This document shows, in pieces, positions 19,602-28,974 of a stretch of 64,000 nt of DNA (position 1 is its first letter; every line of letters starts with the position of its first letter). Made by a program: the position numbers and the translations under genes. The notes beneath the pieces were generated by a model, which was not told the origin of the DNA, did no database searches, and saw only the letters and a program-made list of their open reading frames with translations. This DNA comes from Spirochaetia bacterium (lineage in GTDB: Bacteria; Spirochaetota; Spirochaetia; DSM-2461), in contig OY764216.1 of NCBI GenBank assembly GCA_963668315.1, forward strand, positions 1,088,001 through 1,152,000, given 5' to 3'.

Positions 19602-21704
19602 ATGCCGTTAACGATGCAGTCGTTGAGCGAGGCTATTCAGGAAAGGGATGATCTCATCGGCAAAGTCGATTATTATAATCGGTATTTTGCAGAGAGACGT
19701 GTCGAGTACCCCCTTGAAGTCCTTGATCTGTCGGAAGATGCTCTGCGCTGCGGCCATCGCATCGCCTACAGCCAGGGCGTTTTCCAGACGCTGATTCACA
19801 GAGCCTATTCCTATATTCAGATCTCCGAAATGAACCAGGCCGAAGAGGAGATAGGCAAGTTGAAGCAGCTCTTTTCCGAAGAGGCCGCCTGGGACAGAAG
19901 CAACATGTATTTTTATCATCTGCTCTGCCTTTACTACTGCGGCAAAACCTACCACGGGCTCTGCTATGACTATGCCTACCGCTGTCTGGCCCTGGCCCGT
20001 AAGCTTTCTGAACACAGAATCAGCGCTTCGGTCCTGGATGTTCTGGGGCAGATTAACGGAAAAATGAAAATCTACGACAAGGCCCTGTCCTTCTTTGATG
20101 AGGCCCGGGAGTCCCTGGCCGCAGAGGAGGATATCTACCTCTCCAGTATAATCAACTGTCACCGGGGGGAGATTTTCGCCCTTATGGGGAATGTATCCCG
20201 GGCACGCTGCAGCTTTCATGACGGCTACCGCCTCATCAAGAAGGAATCGGTCGGATCACGGGGGTATGCCTGGGTCTTGAAAAAGTTCGCCGCCTTTGAG
20301 GAAGGGGCGGGAAATCTGGCCACCGCGGAATATCTCTACGAGGAAGCTCTCAATACCCTTGAGAGCAACGGCTATAACGATCTGGCGGCCGAGTTCCGGC
20401 TGAATCTGGGACGGCTTCTGCTGAAAAGGGGGGAGGAGAAAGGGGTTAAGCTGCTTCTTGATCAGCGGACATCCCTTCTGGGAAAGGGGCGCTACGAGGA
20501 TGTCCTTTCCCTCGGCGATCTGATTGCTAAGCATTATATGGAAAAGGGTGATTATCGTGTCGCCGCCGATGAGCTCAAGCTGCTCCGGGAGATTTCGAAA
20601 AAAATGCAGCATATTCGGGAAAAGGAGGATCACAACTCCTGCGAAAGGGACTTGTGGGCGGTGAGCCGGGAGTACATGAAGCGAGTCAGCGAGCTGGGAA
20701 GCCGCCTGGTCGCCTGCCGGAACAGGGAGGATATTTTCCGGGTTTTGACGGAGGCCCTGGGGTTTCTCAAGGACGAGGACGGGCTGTTTGTTGTGGAAGA
20801 GAAGTCCGCTTCCCAGCTGGAGCTGATCTACGGACGGATGGGCGGCGTCACAGTGGAACCCCGTCTTTACGGGTATGATCCGGAGACGGATCTTGCCGCG
20901 TATTGCCTTAGAAAAGATCAATCTCTGCTCATAGACGATTTCAATGAGGAGAAGGGGTTCTTCTTGTCCCGTAAGGTGATGGGAATTATGTTCGATGAGG
21001 ATTTCCCTCCCTCCCGCTCCCTTCTGAACATTGTCTTCAAACGGGAGGAGACCCGGTGCGTTATCTCTCTGCAGAGCAGAGAAAGGAAGGCCTTCCGTTT
21101 TCATCAGCTGGAATTTCTGAAATCCCTTTTGCCCTTTGTGTCGGTCGCTCTGGATAACGAGCAGAAAACCGGAGTGATTCTGAAGCTTTCTTCCCTGGAC
21201 AGTCTGACTGAATTGTGCAACCGCCGGGAGTTCATGAGGCTGCTCAATAACAGCTGGTGCGCTCACAGCCGCAGTGGAGATCCGCTGTCCCTGCTTATGA
21301 TCGATATTGATTATTTCAAATCCATTAACGACGCCTATGGCCATAAGGCAGGAGACGAGGGACTTAAAAGTCTTTCCCGTCTGCTGGAAAGCCATTTTAA
21401 GCGGACGACCGATGTCTGCTGCCGATATGGGGGAGAGGAGTTCATCATACTTTCCGGCTATACGGATGAAGAAACCTGTCAGTTGAAAGCGGAGAAGATG
21501 AGAAGAGATGTGGAAGAGCATATCTTTCAGGTCGAAGAGCATAAATTGTCATTCACCGTAAGCATCGGAACGGTAACGATAGTTCCCACAGAAGAAGTAA
21601 ATGTGGAAAAAATTATCCGTGATGCCGACGTATCACTTTATGAAGCAAAGAATAATGGGCGAAACTGCGTCGTCAGCTGCAAGGGCGTATCCCTCTCCGC
21701 ATAA
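19602..21704 (+). CDS. TPR-like - GAF-like - GGDEF diguanylate cyclase
   Basis: Helical repeat N-terminus; DSLTELCNRR, DIDYFK, RTTD I-site, RYGGEEF. Upstream TTGCCA-17-TATATT. Confidence 0.88.
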   Translation: MPLTMQSLSEAIQERDDLIGKVDYYNRYFAERRVEYPLEVLDLSEDALRCGHRIAYSQGVFQTLIHRAYSYIQISEMNQAEEEIGKLKQLFSEEAAWDRSNMYFYHLLCLYYCGKTYHGLCYDYAYRCLALARKLSEHRISASVLDVLGQINGKMKIYDKALSFFDEARESLAAEEDIYLSSIINCHRGEIFALMGNVSRARCSFHDGYRLIKKESVGSRGYAWVLKKFAAFEEGAGNLATAEYLYEEALNTLESNGYNDLAAEFRLNLGRLLLKRGEEKGVKLLLDQRTSLLGKGRYEDVLSLGDLIAKHYMEKGDYRVAADELKLLREISKKMQHIREKEDHNSCERDLWAVSREYMKRVSELGSRLVACRNREDIFRVLTEALGFLKDEDGLFVVEEKSASQLELIYGRMGGVTVEPRLYGYDPETDLAAYCLRKDQSLLIDDFNEEKGFFLSRKVMGIMFDEDFPPSRSLLNIVFKREETRCVISLQSRERKAFRFHQLEFLKSLLPFVSVALDNEQKTGVILKLSSLDSLTELCNRREFMRLLNNSWCAHSRSGDPLSLLMIDIDYFKSINDAYGHKAGDEGLKSLSRLLESHFKRTTDVCCRYGGEEFIILSGYTDEETCQLKAEKMRRDVEEHIFQVEEHKLSFTVSIGTVTIVPTEEVNVEKIIRDADVSLYEAKNNGRNCVVSCKGVSLSA

Positions 21705-21734
21705 GAAAATATAGGAAAAACTATATATTTTTGC

Positions 21735-21806
21735 TTGAAATTTCCGTGAGCATACATTATACTCGTAATATATTATAATCCTAATATATCGATATTAAAT
21801 TATATA
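21735..21806 (+). promoter_or_regulatory. sigma70 promoter plus AT-rich palindromic candidate operator(s)
   Basis: TTGAAA-17-TATACT followed by TAATATATTA and TAATAT..ATATTA inverted repeats. Confidence 0.55.
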
Positions 21807-21820
21807 AACGGGAGTAACGG

Positions 21821-24313
21821 ATGAAAGTTGTTATCATAGGAGGAGTGGCAGGCGGTGCTACTGCGGCTGCCCGGTTACGGCGGCAGGATGAGAAAGCGGA
21901 AATTATCATGTATGAGAAGGGCGAGTATATCAGCTATGCCAACTGCGGCCTTCCCTATTACATCGGAGATACCATTTCGGAGCGGGAGCGCCTTTTTGTT
22001 CAGACTCCGGAGAGCTTCAACGGTATCCTGAATGTTAATGTGAAAACCCGTCACGAAGTTTTAAAAATCAATCGGGAAGCAAAAAGCGTTACCCTTAAGA
22101 ATCTTGCTACAGGTGACACCTATGATGACAGCTATGATAAGCTGATCCTTTCTCCCGGGGCGGAACCCATCAAACCGCCCATTCCCGGAATCGACTCAAA
22201 ACGGGTCTACACCATGCGCAATGTTACCGATACGGATGCCATTAAAACAGCGGTGGAAGAGGGGAAACCCAAAAGAGCCGTTGTCATAGGCGCCGGTTTC
22301 ATCGGGCTGGAAATGGCGGAGAACCTTCATGAAAAGGGGATTTTCGTCACCGTCGTCGAGGCGGTTGACCAGGTCATGGGCATTCTCGATTATGAGATGG
22401 CCGCTGAGGTCCACTCCCAGCTGAAACAGAAGGGCGTTGAGCTCTACCTGAGCGACGGGGTCACCAAATTCGAGGATACGGACAACCTGGTCAGGCTGAC
22501 TCTGCAGAGCGGCAAGGTCCTGGATGCGGATATGGTCATCCTTTCCATCGGAGTCAAGCCGGACACGAAACTGGCTTCCGAAGCAGGATTGACCATAGGG
22601 AAATTCGGCGGCATCTGGGTCAACGACAAGATGCAGACCAGTGATCCCGATATTTTCTCCCTGGGTGATGCCATTGAATTCCCCAGTCCTCTGACCGGTG
22701 ACTCTCTTCGTACTCCCCTGGCCGGACCGGCCAACAAGCAGGGACGCATCGTGGCGGATAACGTCATCAAGGCCATGGCGGGGGAGGAACTTATTTCGTT
22801 CAAGGGTTCCCTCGGAACGGGTATCGCCAAGGTTTTTGACCTGACGGTGGCCTCTACGGGACTTTCGGAGAAGCAGCTGGCCCGCCTTGGAAAGACCGAT
22901 GTCAAGTCACTCATTATTCACGGCAGCTCCCATGCGGGATACTATCCCGATGCCCACCCGCTGACCGTAAAAATCGTATACGACAGGGAGGGAAAGCTTT
23001 ACGGGGCCCAGGCCGTGGGATACGACGGTGTGGATAAGCGAATTGATATGATTGCCGCGGTTATGGGGATGGGCGGCACGGTTTATGATCTTCAGGAAAT
23101 AGAGCATGCCTACGCGCCGCCCTTTTCCAGCGCCAAAGACCCGGTGAATATCGCCGGTTTTACCGCGGAGAATATTCTTAAGGGCCGGTCCACCCATATC
23201 ACCTGGAGAGAGCTGAGAGATCTTCCCGAGGAGGAGAGGTTCATCCTGGATGTGAGAACCCCCGATGAGTTCGGACTGGGAACCATATCGGGAGCCTACA
23301 ATATTCCCCAGCCGGAAGTTCGGAGCCGTCTGGGAGAGATCCCGCGGGACAGAAAGATTGTCCTGCTCTGCGGAGTGGGCAAGCGTGCCTACATGGTGGA
23401 ACGTATACTTAAGCAGGAAGGTTTTGACGCCTGTATTCTCTCCGGCGGGCTCAAGATCTATTCGGCGGCCACGGCCGTTCAGAGTAATGAAAACCTCTGG
23501 GAAAGCCAGCAGGTCATCAGGCCTCTGAAACAGGGAGAGGCGACCAACGAGAGTCTGCCCCTTTCCATTGACGTACAGACCATCGAAGTGGATGCATGCG
23601 GTCTTCAGTGCCCCGGCCCCATTCTCAAGCTGAAAACCGAAATTGAAAAGCTTCATCCCGGAGAAATGCTCAGGGAAGTGGCTACCGATCCGGGATTCGC
23701 CAAGGATGTGTACGCCTGGGCCAAGATGACCGGCAACCATGTCATTTCCGTTGAACAGAAAGGCCCGAAAGTTTCGGCCCTCGTGCAGAGAGGCAAACCC
23801 AAAGGGGCCGCCCCTGCCGCGGGCCAGGCTGCCAATCTGCCTCAGGACGGAACCAGCATGGTCGTCTTTTCCGATGATATGGACAAAGCCCTCGCCTCCT
23901 TTGTTATTGCCAACGGGGCTGCGGCTGCGGGAAAAAAAGTAACCCTTTTCTTTACCTTTTGGGGTTTATCGATTATAAAGAAAGTAGGACCTGTTCGTGT
24001 TAAGAAGGATTTCATGGGAAAGATGTTCGGTATGATGCTTCCCAATCACAGCAAAAAGCTGGGCCTTTCCAAGATGAACATGGGCGGCCTGGGGGCTGTC
24101 ATGATGAGGTCCCGTATGAAGGCCCAGGGAGTTGACTCCCTTGAGACGATGATTCAGACAGCGGTGGATGCCGGCGTCAAGCTGGTCGCCTGCCAGATGT
24201 CTATGGATGTTATGGGTGTTAAGAAGGAAGAGTTGTTGGATTGCGTGGAGATTGGCGGAGTCGCCAGTTTCCTCGAATCCACCGATGACGCACAGGCAAC
24301 TTTGTTCATTTAA
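21821..24313 (+). CDS. CoA-disulfide/persulfide reductase - rhodanese - TusA/SirA - DsrE/F-like fusion
   Basis: GGVAGG FAD motif, SYANCGLPY, GAGFIGLE, YAPPFS; rhodanese DVRTPDEF...CGVGKR; TusA CGLQCPGP; DsrE-like FFTFWG...ACQMSMDVMG. Confidence 0.9.
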   Translation: MKVVIIGGVAGGATAAARLRRQDEKAEIIMYEKGEYISYANCGLPYYIGDTISERERLFVQTPESFNGILNVNVKTRHEVLKINREAKSVTLKNLATGDTYDDSYDKLILSPGAEPIKPPIPGIDSKRVYTMRNVTDTDAIKTAVEEGKPKRAVVIGAGFIGLEMAENLHEKGIFVTVVEAVDQVMGILDYEMAAEVHSQLKQKGVELYLSDGVTKFEDTDNLVRLTLQSGKVLDADMVILSIGVKPDTKLASEAGLTIGKFGGIWVNDKMQTSDPDIFSLGDAIEFPSPLTGDSLRTPLAGPANKQGRIVADNVIKAMAGEELISFKGSLGTGIAKVFDLTVASTGLSEKQLARLGKTDVKSLIIHGSSHAGYYPDAHPLTVKIVYDREGKLYGAQAVGYDGVDKRIDMIAAVMGMGGTVYDLQEIEHAYAPPFSSAKDPVNIAGFTAENILKGRSTHITWRELRDLPEEERFILDVRTPDEFGLGTISGAYNIPQPEVRSRLGEIPRDRKIVLLCGVGKRAYMVERILKQEGFDACILSGGLKIYSAATAVQSNENLWESQQVIRPLKQGEATNESLPLSIDVQTIEVDACGLQCPGPILKLKTEIEKLHPGEMLREVATDPGFAKDVYAWAKMTGNHVISVEQKGPKVSALVQRGKPKGAAPAAGQAANLPQDGTSMVVFSDDMDKALASFVIANGAAAAGKKVTLFFTFWGLSIIKKVGPVRVKKDFMGKMFGMMLPNHSKKLGLSKMNMGGLGAVMMRSRMKAQGVDSLETMIQTAVDAGVKLVACQMSMDVMGVKKEELLDCVEIGGVASFLESTDDAQATLFI

Positions 24314-24333
24314 AAAGAACCCCATGTAAAAAG

Positions 24334-24371
24334 AAAAAACGCCCCGGACCAAGTTCACGGGGCGTTTTTTT
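24334..24371. terminator. Bidirectional Rho-independent terminator overlapping the CapA stop
   Basis: AAAAAACGCCCCG-11 nt-CGGGGCGTTTTTT. Confidence 0.8.
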
Positions 24372-25311
24372 GGGGCTCCTCCTCTACGGTTGTCCCATCC
24401 GGCTTCAAGCTGACAAAGCTTTCCCGGTACTTTACCCGCCGTCCCCTTACTCCGAATTCCGCTTCCAGAAGGAGTCCTCTGCGGGTCTCCGGGGAAAAGT
24501 ATTGATCGAAGATGAAATTCCCCAGGGAGTAATACACCGGGACTCCGCCGATAATCTCGCGGGGCTGTATGACATGGGGATGGCTCCCGACAACGAGATC
24601 CGCTCCGGCCTCGATGAATGTTTTTGCCAGGGTCCTCTGCCGTACCGAAGGTTCCGTCCTGTACTCCTCCCCCCAGTGGCAGTACATAATCTGGATATCG
24701 CTCCGGTGAACTTTCTCCTTAAGCGTCTCAAGGGCGGTCTCCTCTCCCCCTTGTGTGAATTGGTTGTAATTGATGAAGCACAGCCTTATACCGCCTTTTT
24801 CCAGAAGGAGATAATTTTTTCCTTCGTCCTTCCCGTTATCTCCGAACCAGCGCAGACCGTATTTTTCAAGGTACCGGTAAGTCTCCTCTCTCTCTTCCTT
24901 TCCGAAAGCACCCATATGGTTGTTTCCCGTGTTGAGAATGGCAATCCCGTTTCTCCTGAGCAGTTCCAGAGCCGCCGGTTCCATTCGGAGAAGAAAATTT
25001 TCCCGACTGCCGTAGGCCGTGCCGCGGCTCAGGGAGGGATTTGTGCTGACGGGAGCTTCCAGGTTGGCGATGATGAAGTCCGCATCGGCGAGGGAGGGGA
25101 GAGGGAGGGGCAGAATGAAACCGTAGGGATTCTCATCATCCGGGGAGTATTCGGCCCGTGTTCTGAAGTACCGGTCCATCATAATGTCACCGGCGAAGAC
25201 AATTTTTACTTTTCTGCCGGTTATCCCCCGGGGGATAAGCAGACCGGCGGCGAGAAAGGGTATAATAAAAAGGGCGTAAAAAAGGTATCTCTTGCGTAAT
25301 TCTACTTTCAT
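24355..25311 (-). CDS. CapA (PGA_cap) family metallophosphatase-fold protein with N-terminal membrane anchor
   Basis: FAGDIM, NLEAP, GNNH, HWGEEY, GSHPHV, YSLGNF. Confidence 0.9.
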   Translation of the reverse strand: MKVELRKRYLFYALFIIPFLAAGLLIPRGITGRKVKIVFAGDIMMDRYFRTRAEYSPDDENPYGFILPLPLPSLADADFIIANLEAPVSTNPSLSRGTAYGSRENFLLRMEPAALELLRRNGIAILNTGNNHMGAFGKEEREETYRYLEKYGLRWFGDNGKDEGKNYLLLEKGGIRLCFINYNQFTQGGEETALETLKEKVHRSDIQIMYCHWGEEYRTEPSVRQRTLAKTFIEAGADLVVGSHPHVIQPREIIGGVPVYYSLGNFIFDQYFSPETRRGLLLEAEFGVRGRRVKYRESFVSLKPDGTTVEEEPQKNAP

Positions 25312-25356
25312 GTTTATTATTCCCAGATTGTATCAGAATCATGGGGGGAGAGAGAA

Positions 25357-28083
25357 TTGGATAAGAGTCGATTTATCGTACTATGCTTTTTTGTTGTCCT
25401 GTTAGGGGCATGCGGAGTCCAGGAGAAGGAAACGTCCGCGGATGTAAGGGAGAATGCTGTCGTCGAGGGACCTGCTTTGCCTCCCCCGACTCCCGCGGCA
25501 GAGGAGCAGGAAGCCGCCCCCGCACCGGAAGAGGCTGAGACCGTTTCCTTTGATCTTGCCCTTGTCGGTGCCGACGGAGGCCGGGGAGATGCGGCCGAGG
25601 CCCACGCCGGTTATCTTGATGACGATATGACCTTTATGAATCTGGCCACCGAATGGGAAGGCGATACGGCGGTGGTGGGAAGCAAGGTCGCGCGGTTCTA
25701 TCCCGGTGTGCGGGTGGAAAAGGATGAGGATCTGCCGGCACTTCCCGAGGGAATTCCTCTCCCCTTTGCCGCTCTGATACCCATTAGGGAGAGACTGTCC
25801 AATCCTGAGGGGGATTATTACGGATTTTTCGAATTTGAGGATAACTACAACTATTTTTATTTGACCGAATGGGAAGGGCAGCAGGGAATCGTCTTCGGGG
25901 CGGATCTGGCGGGGCTGAATGCTTCGACAGAGAAAAATCTCCTGACCGCTTCCATGTATGCCGGCGGAAGCCGTTATGAGGAGTTTCCCCCCTATGCGGG
26001 TTATTATCCCCTGGCGGATAATGAGATTGATACTCTGGAGAAAAATCGTTTGGCCCTTCAGCGTGTCCGCAAGAAGGAGTATTACCTTAGCCTGGAAAGG
26101 CCTGACGATATGATTTCCCTTTATATGAATACGGCCCGGGACAAGTATACGCCCCTGTTCATCACCACCGACCTTGTCTCCCAGGGACTGCATCTTTTCT
26201 TCGATCAGTTTCTGCAGCAGACGGAGGAGAAAATCTTCATTCCCCGATTAGGCCGGCTGACCGGAGTCTTTCTTGACCGTCTGGAAGAATCGGATGTGAC
26301 GGAGGACGCCGATGATGCCTATGGTAAGGCCGTGAATACCCTCATAACCTATTTTCAGGTCGCCGACTGTCTCATCAAACTGGCTCCGGAAATCCATATT
26401 GCCAAAGAGGACTGGGGGGAGGAGAAGATCGAATATACTGAACCTGACCGGGACACGGTGCTGGCCCTTTATCCCGAAAAGGTACGGGAGGAGGTGGAGC
26501 TTATCTGCAACGCCGCCGGTTCGGCCCTTTCTCCTTCGTTTCAGTACGAGGAGGATTATTCCCAATACAAACCAAGAGGACATTATACCAAAAACGGCGT
26601 ACTCGAGGCTTACTTCAGGACAATGATGTGGTTCGGACGGATTCATTTCTATATGAGCGACGGACAGGAGGCCGTCATATCCGATGACAGCGAGGCCATG
26701 ACTCAGGGAAGTGCCGCCTCTCTCTCTCTGGACACTCTTCCCATGGTGGCGGTGGCAACGGATATCGCCGTGAAAAATCCCGACCTCTTTCAGGACTGGA
26801 AGCTGTTGTTCGATCCCATAACCGACCTGATCGGGATGAGCGATGATCTCTCCTTCTATGAGGCCATGCCCTTTTTCGAGGGGCTGCATATCGAGGACCT
26901 GAGAGCCTGGACCAACGATGTGGAACAGGTTTCTGTGGCGATTCTCAAGGCCCGGGAAGAACTCCGGTCTCCTCTTATCGCCGGTAATTCTGTCTGGGAG
27001 GCGCCGTCGGGGGAGGGGCGCACACCGCCGATGGGGTGGCGTCTTTTCGGCCAGCGTTTTACCTGGGATTCCTATGTCCACCAGCTTGTCTCGCCCCCCC
27101 GGCTGATGAGCCGGGATATCGTACGGGGGCTGGACATCATGAAGGCCTTCGGTTCCCGTACGGCGGACAATCTGCTACGGATTTCCGATTATCCGGAAAT
27201 GGCGGGACTGGAAGAGACTCTGGGAAAAATAGAGGAGGAATTTGAGGCGAAGGATGAAGCCTTCTGGAAGGAAAGCTACTACAACAGCACCCTGGCCATG
27301 ATCCGTGCCCAGGCCTGTTTCGAGCCGGGAGCGGGGTTCTACTTTACCGAGTCCCCCCTCTGGGGAATTAAATCCCAGATTTCGGCCCACGGCACATGGG
27401 CCGCTCTCCGTCATGATACCATTCTTTATGTCAAGCAGGTCTATGCCGAAAGAGCGGGAGACGGCGACTTCAACCCCACATTCCGTACCGAACCCTTGCC
27501 GCTTCCGGTTCACTATATTGAACCGAACCTTCCCTTTTTCGACGCGGCTCTGTCTGCGGTCAGGGAAATTCGGGAATCGGGGAGGAAATACGGGTTTATC
27601 GGTGAGGATTACGAAGAGAAGCTTGCTTCCTGGGATAAGCTGCTCGCGCGGATGACCGATATCGCCTATCTGGAATATAAGGACGAAGAGGTGGCTCCGA
27701 ATGATGTGGAATGGATAAGGACCATTCCCCAGCAGCTGGTTCCTCTGGTTCTCGCCCCCGAAATGAACTACGCATCCTACGTGGAGGACGAGGACATTCT
27801 CAAGAGCGCCATCGTGGCCGATGTTTTTACGAATGCGGAGCAGGGTGTCGCCCTGGAAGTGGGAACGGGAATTCCCTACCGCTTGCTGGTGGCTTTGAAC
27901 GACGGTCAGGGAAGGAAGAGGATCGCCGTGGGATTCACCTTCAGTTACTTTGAGTTTCTTGTGGGACAGTCGGAGCGTATGACCAATGAAGAGTGGAGGG
28001 AAATCGTCTATCCCGGAGATGAAAATATGGATGAGTACCTTCCGTTCTGGAGCAAGGGGCTCATGCTGGAAGCCCGTCCGTAA
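25357..28083 (+). CDS. DUF3160 family lipoprotein
   Basis: Lipobox LGAC; DYSQYKPRGHYT, YFRTMMW, GQRF, W..LRHDTILYVKQ, IVADV, FSYFEF..RMTNEEW. Confidence 0.8.
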   Translation: MDKSRFIVLCFFVVLLGACGVQEKETSADVRENAVVEGPALPPPTPAAEEQEAAPAPEEAETVSFDLALVGADGGRGDAAEAHAGYLDDDMTFMNLATEWEGDTAVVGSKVARFYPGVRVEKDEDLPALPEGIPLPFAALIPIRERLSNPEGDYYGFFEFEDNYNYFYLTEWEGQQGIVFGADLAGLNASTEKNLLTASMYAGGSRYEEFPPYAGYYPLADNEIDTLEKNRLALQRVRKKEYYLSLERPDDMISLYMNTARDKYTPLFITTDLVSQGLHLFFDQFLQQTEEKIFIPRLGRLTGVFLDRLEESDVTEDADDAYGKAVNTLITYFQVADCLIKLAPEIHIAKEDWGEEKIEYTEPDRDTVLALYPEKVREEVELICNAAGSALSPSFQYEEDYSQYKPRGHYTKNGVLEAYFRTMMWFGRIHFYMSDGQEAVISDDSEAMTQGSAASLSLDTLPMVAVATDIAVKNPDLFQDWKLLFDPITDLIGMSDDLSFYEAMPFFEGLHIEDLRAWTNDVEQVSVAILKAREELRSPLIAGNSVWEAPSGEGRTPPMGWRLFGQRFTWDSYVHQLVSPPRLMSRDIVRGLDIMKAFGSRTADNLLRISDYPEMAGLEETLGKIEEEFEAKDEAFWKESYYNSTLAMIRAQACFEPGAGFYFTESPLWGIKSQISAHGTWAALRHDTILYVKQVYAERAGDGDFNPTFRTEPLPLPVHYIEPNLPFFDAALSAVREIRESGRKYGFIGEDYEEKLASWDKLLARMTDIAYLEYKDEEVAPNDVEWIRTIPQQLVPLVLAPEMNYASYVEDEDILKSAIVADVFTNAEQGVALEVGTGIPYRLLVALNDGQGRKRIAVGFTFSYFEFLVGQSERMTNEEWREIVYPGDENMDEYLPFWSKGLMLEARP

Positions 28084-28974
28084 ATGATGAGAGTAAAAGA
28101 GCTGCTGCTCTGCTTCTCCCTTTTGCTCCTGGCCGGATGCCGGGAGGAAGGGATAGGGGCCGCGGAAGACCCCTACCTTACCTGGGACCTCAAGGGGGAT
28201 TCCTATCCCTCCTTGCCGGACGTGGAGATGGGACGTCTTCCCGAGGGGGAAGCTTTTCCTGTCGCAGGCATCGTTAGCCACCACCTTCTGGCGGGGGAGC
28301 TGATCGATGACTGGTTCCGTGAGCTGGCCCGCAGGCGGAAGGTCGAGCGTTTTTTCATCCTCTCTCCCCGGCACTGGGATCTCGGGACGGGAGACTACTC
28401 CCTGACCGCCGAAAGCTGGCTGACCGCACGGGGCAAAGTGAAAGCCGATGGGGACGTGGTCGATCGGCTCGCGGAGGAACTTGACTGTGAAGTGGACAGG
28501 GAGGTCTTTGTCATGGAGCACGGAATCGAGACTCTCATCCCCTTTATCAAGAAATATTTCCCCGATGCGAAGGTTGTTCCCCTCAACTACCGGGGGGAGG
28601 CCCCTGTCAATATGCCCGTGGTCAACCGGCTGTGGAAAAGCCTTTCCCCCTATTTTGAAGGGGCCGGGGCAGAGGAGAATTTTCTTCTTATCTCCAGTGA
28701 TTTCGCCCATCATGGGGATTTTGAAGGCACCCGCATAAAGGATGAGCGGACGGATCGGTTTATGGAGAATCCGGGCCGTACAAACTGGATTTTCGCCGGC
28801 TGTGATAACCGCCCCGGCATTTATCTCCTGGCTTCCCTGGCCGATCGGATGACATCCCCCGAAATGGGCATTCTCTACCACAGTAATTCCTACGAATTGT
28901 CCGGAAAGGATGCCCGGGACATCACCAGTTATTTTTTTACTTTTCTCTTTGAGAGACAGGAAGGCGCACTCTGA
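28084..28974 (+). CDS. Memo (MEMO1 / AmmeMemoRadiSam protein B) family lipoprotein
   Basis: Lipobox LAGC; GIVSHH, LSPRH, EHGIE, SSDFAHH and C-terminal Cys (GCDN). Starts directly after the DUF3160 stop. Confidence 0.82.
   Translation: MMRVKELLLCFSLLLLAGCREEGIGAAEDPYLTWDLKGDSYPSLPDVEMGRLPEGEAFPVAGIVSHHLLAGELIDDWFRELARRRKVERFFILSPRHWDLGTGDYSLTAESWLTARGKVKADGDVVDRLAEELDCEVDREVFVMEHGIETLIPFIKKYFPDAKVVPLNYRGEAPVNMPVVNRLWKSLSPYFEGAGAEENFLLISSDFAHHGDFEGTRIKDERTDRFMENPGRTNWIFAGCDNRPGIYLLASLADRMTSPEMGILYHSNSYELSGKDARDITSYFFTFLFERQEGAL

Noticed and set aside
24355..25311. CapA as evidence for poly-gamma-glutamate capsule synthesis
   Set aside because: No capB/capC (pgsB/pgsC) genes are in the window, and standalone CapA-domain proteins are widespread.
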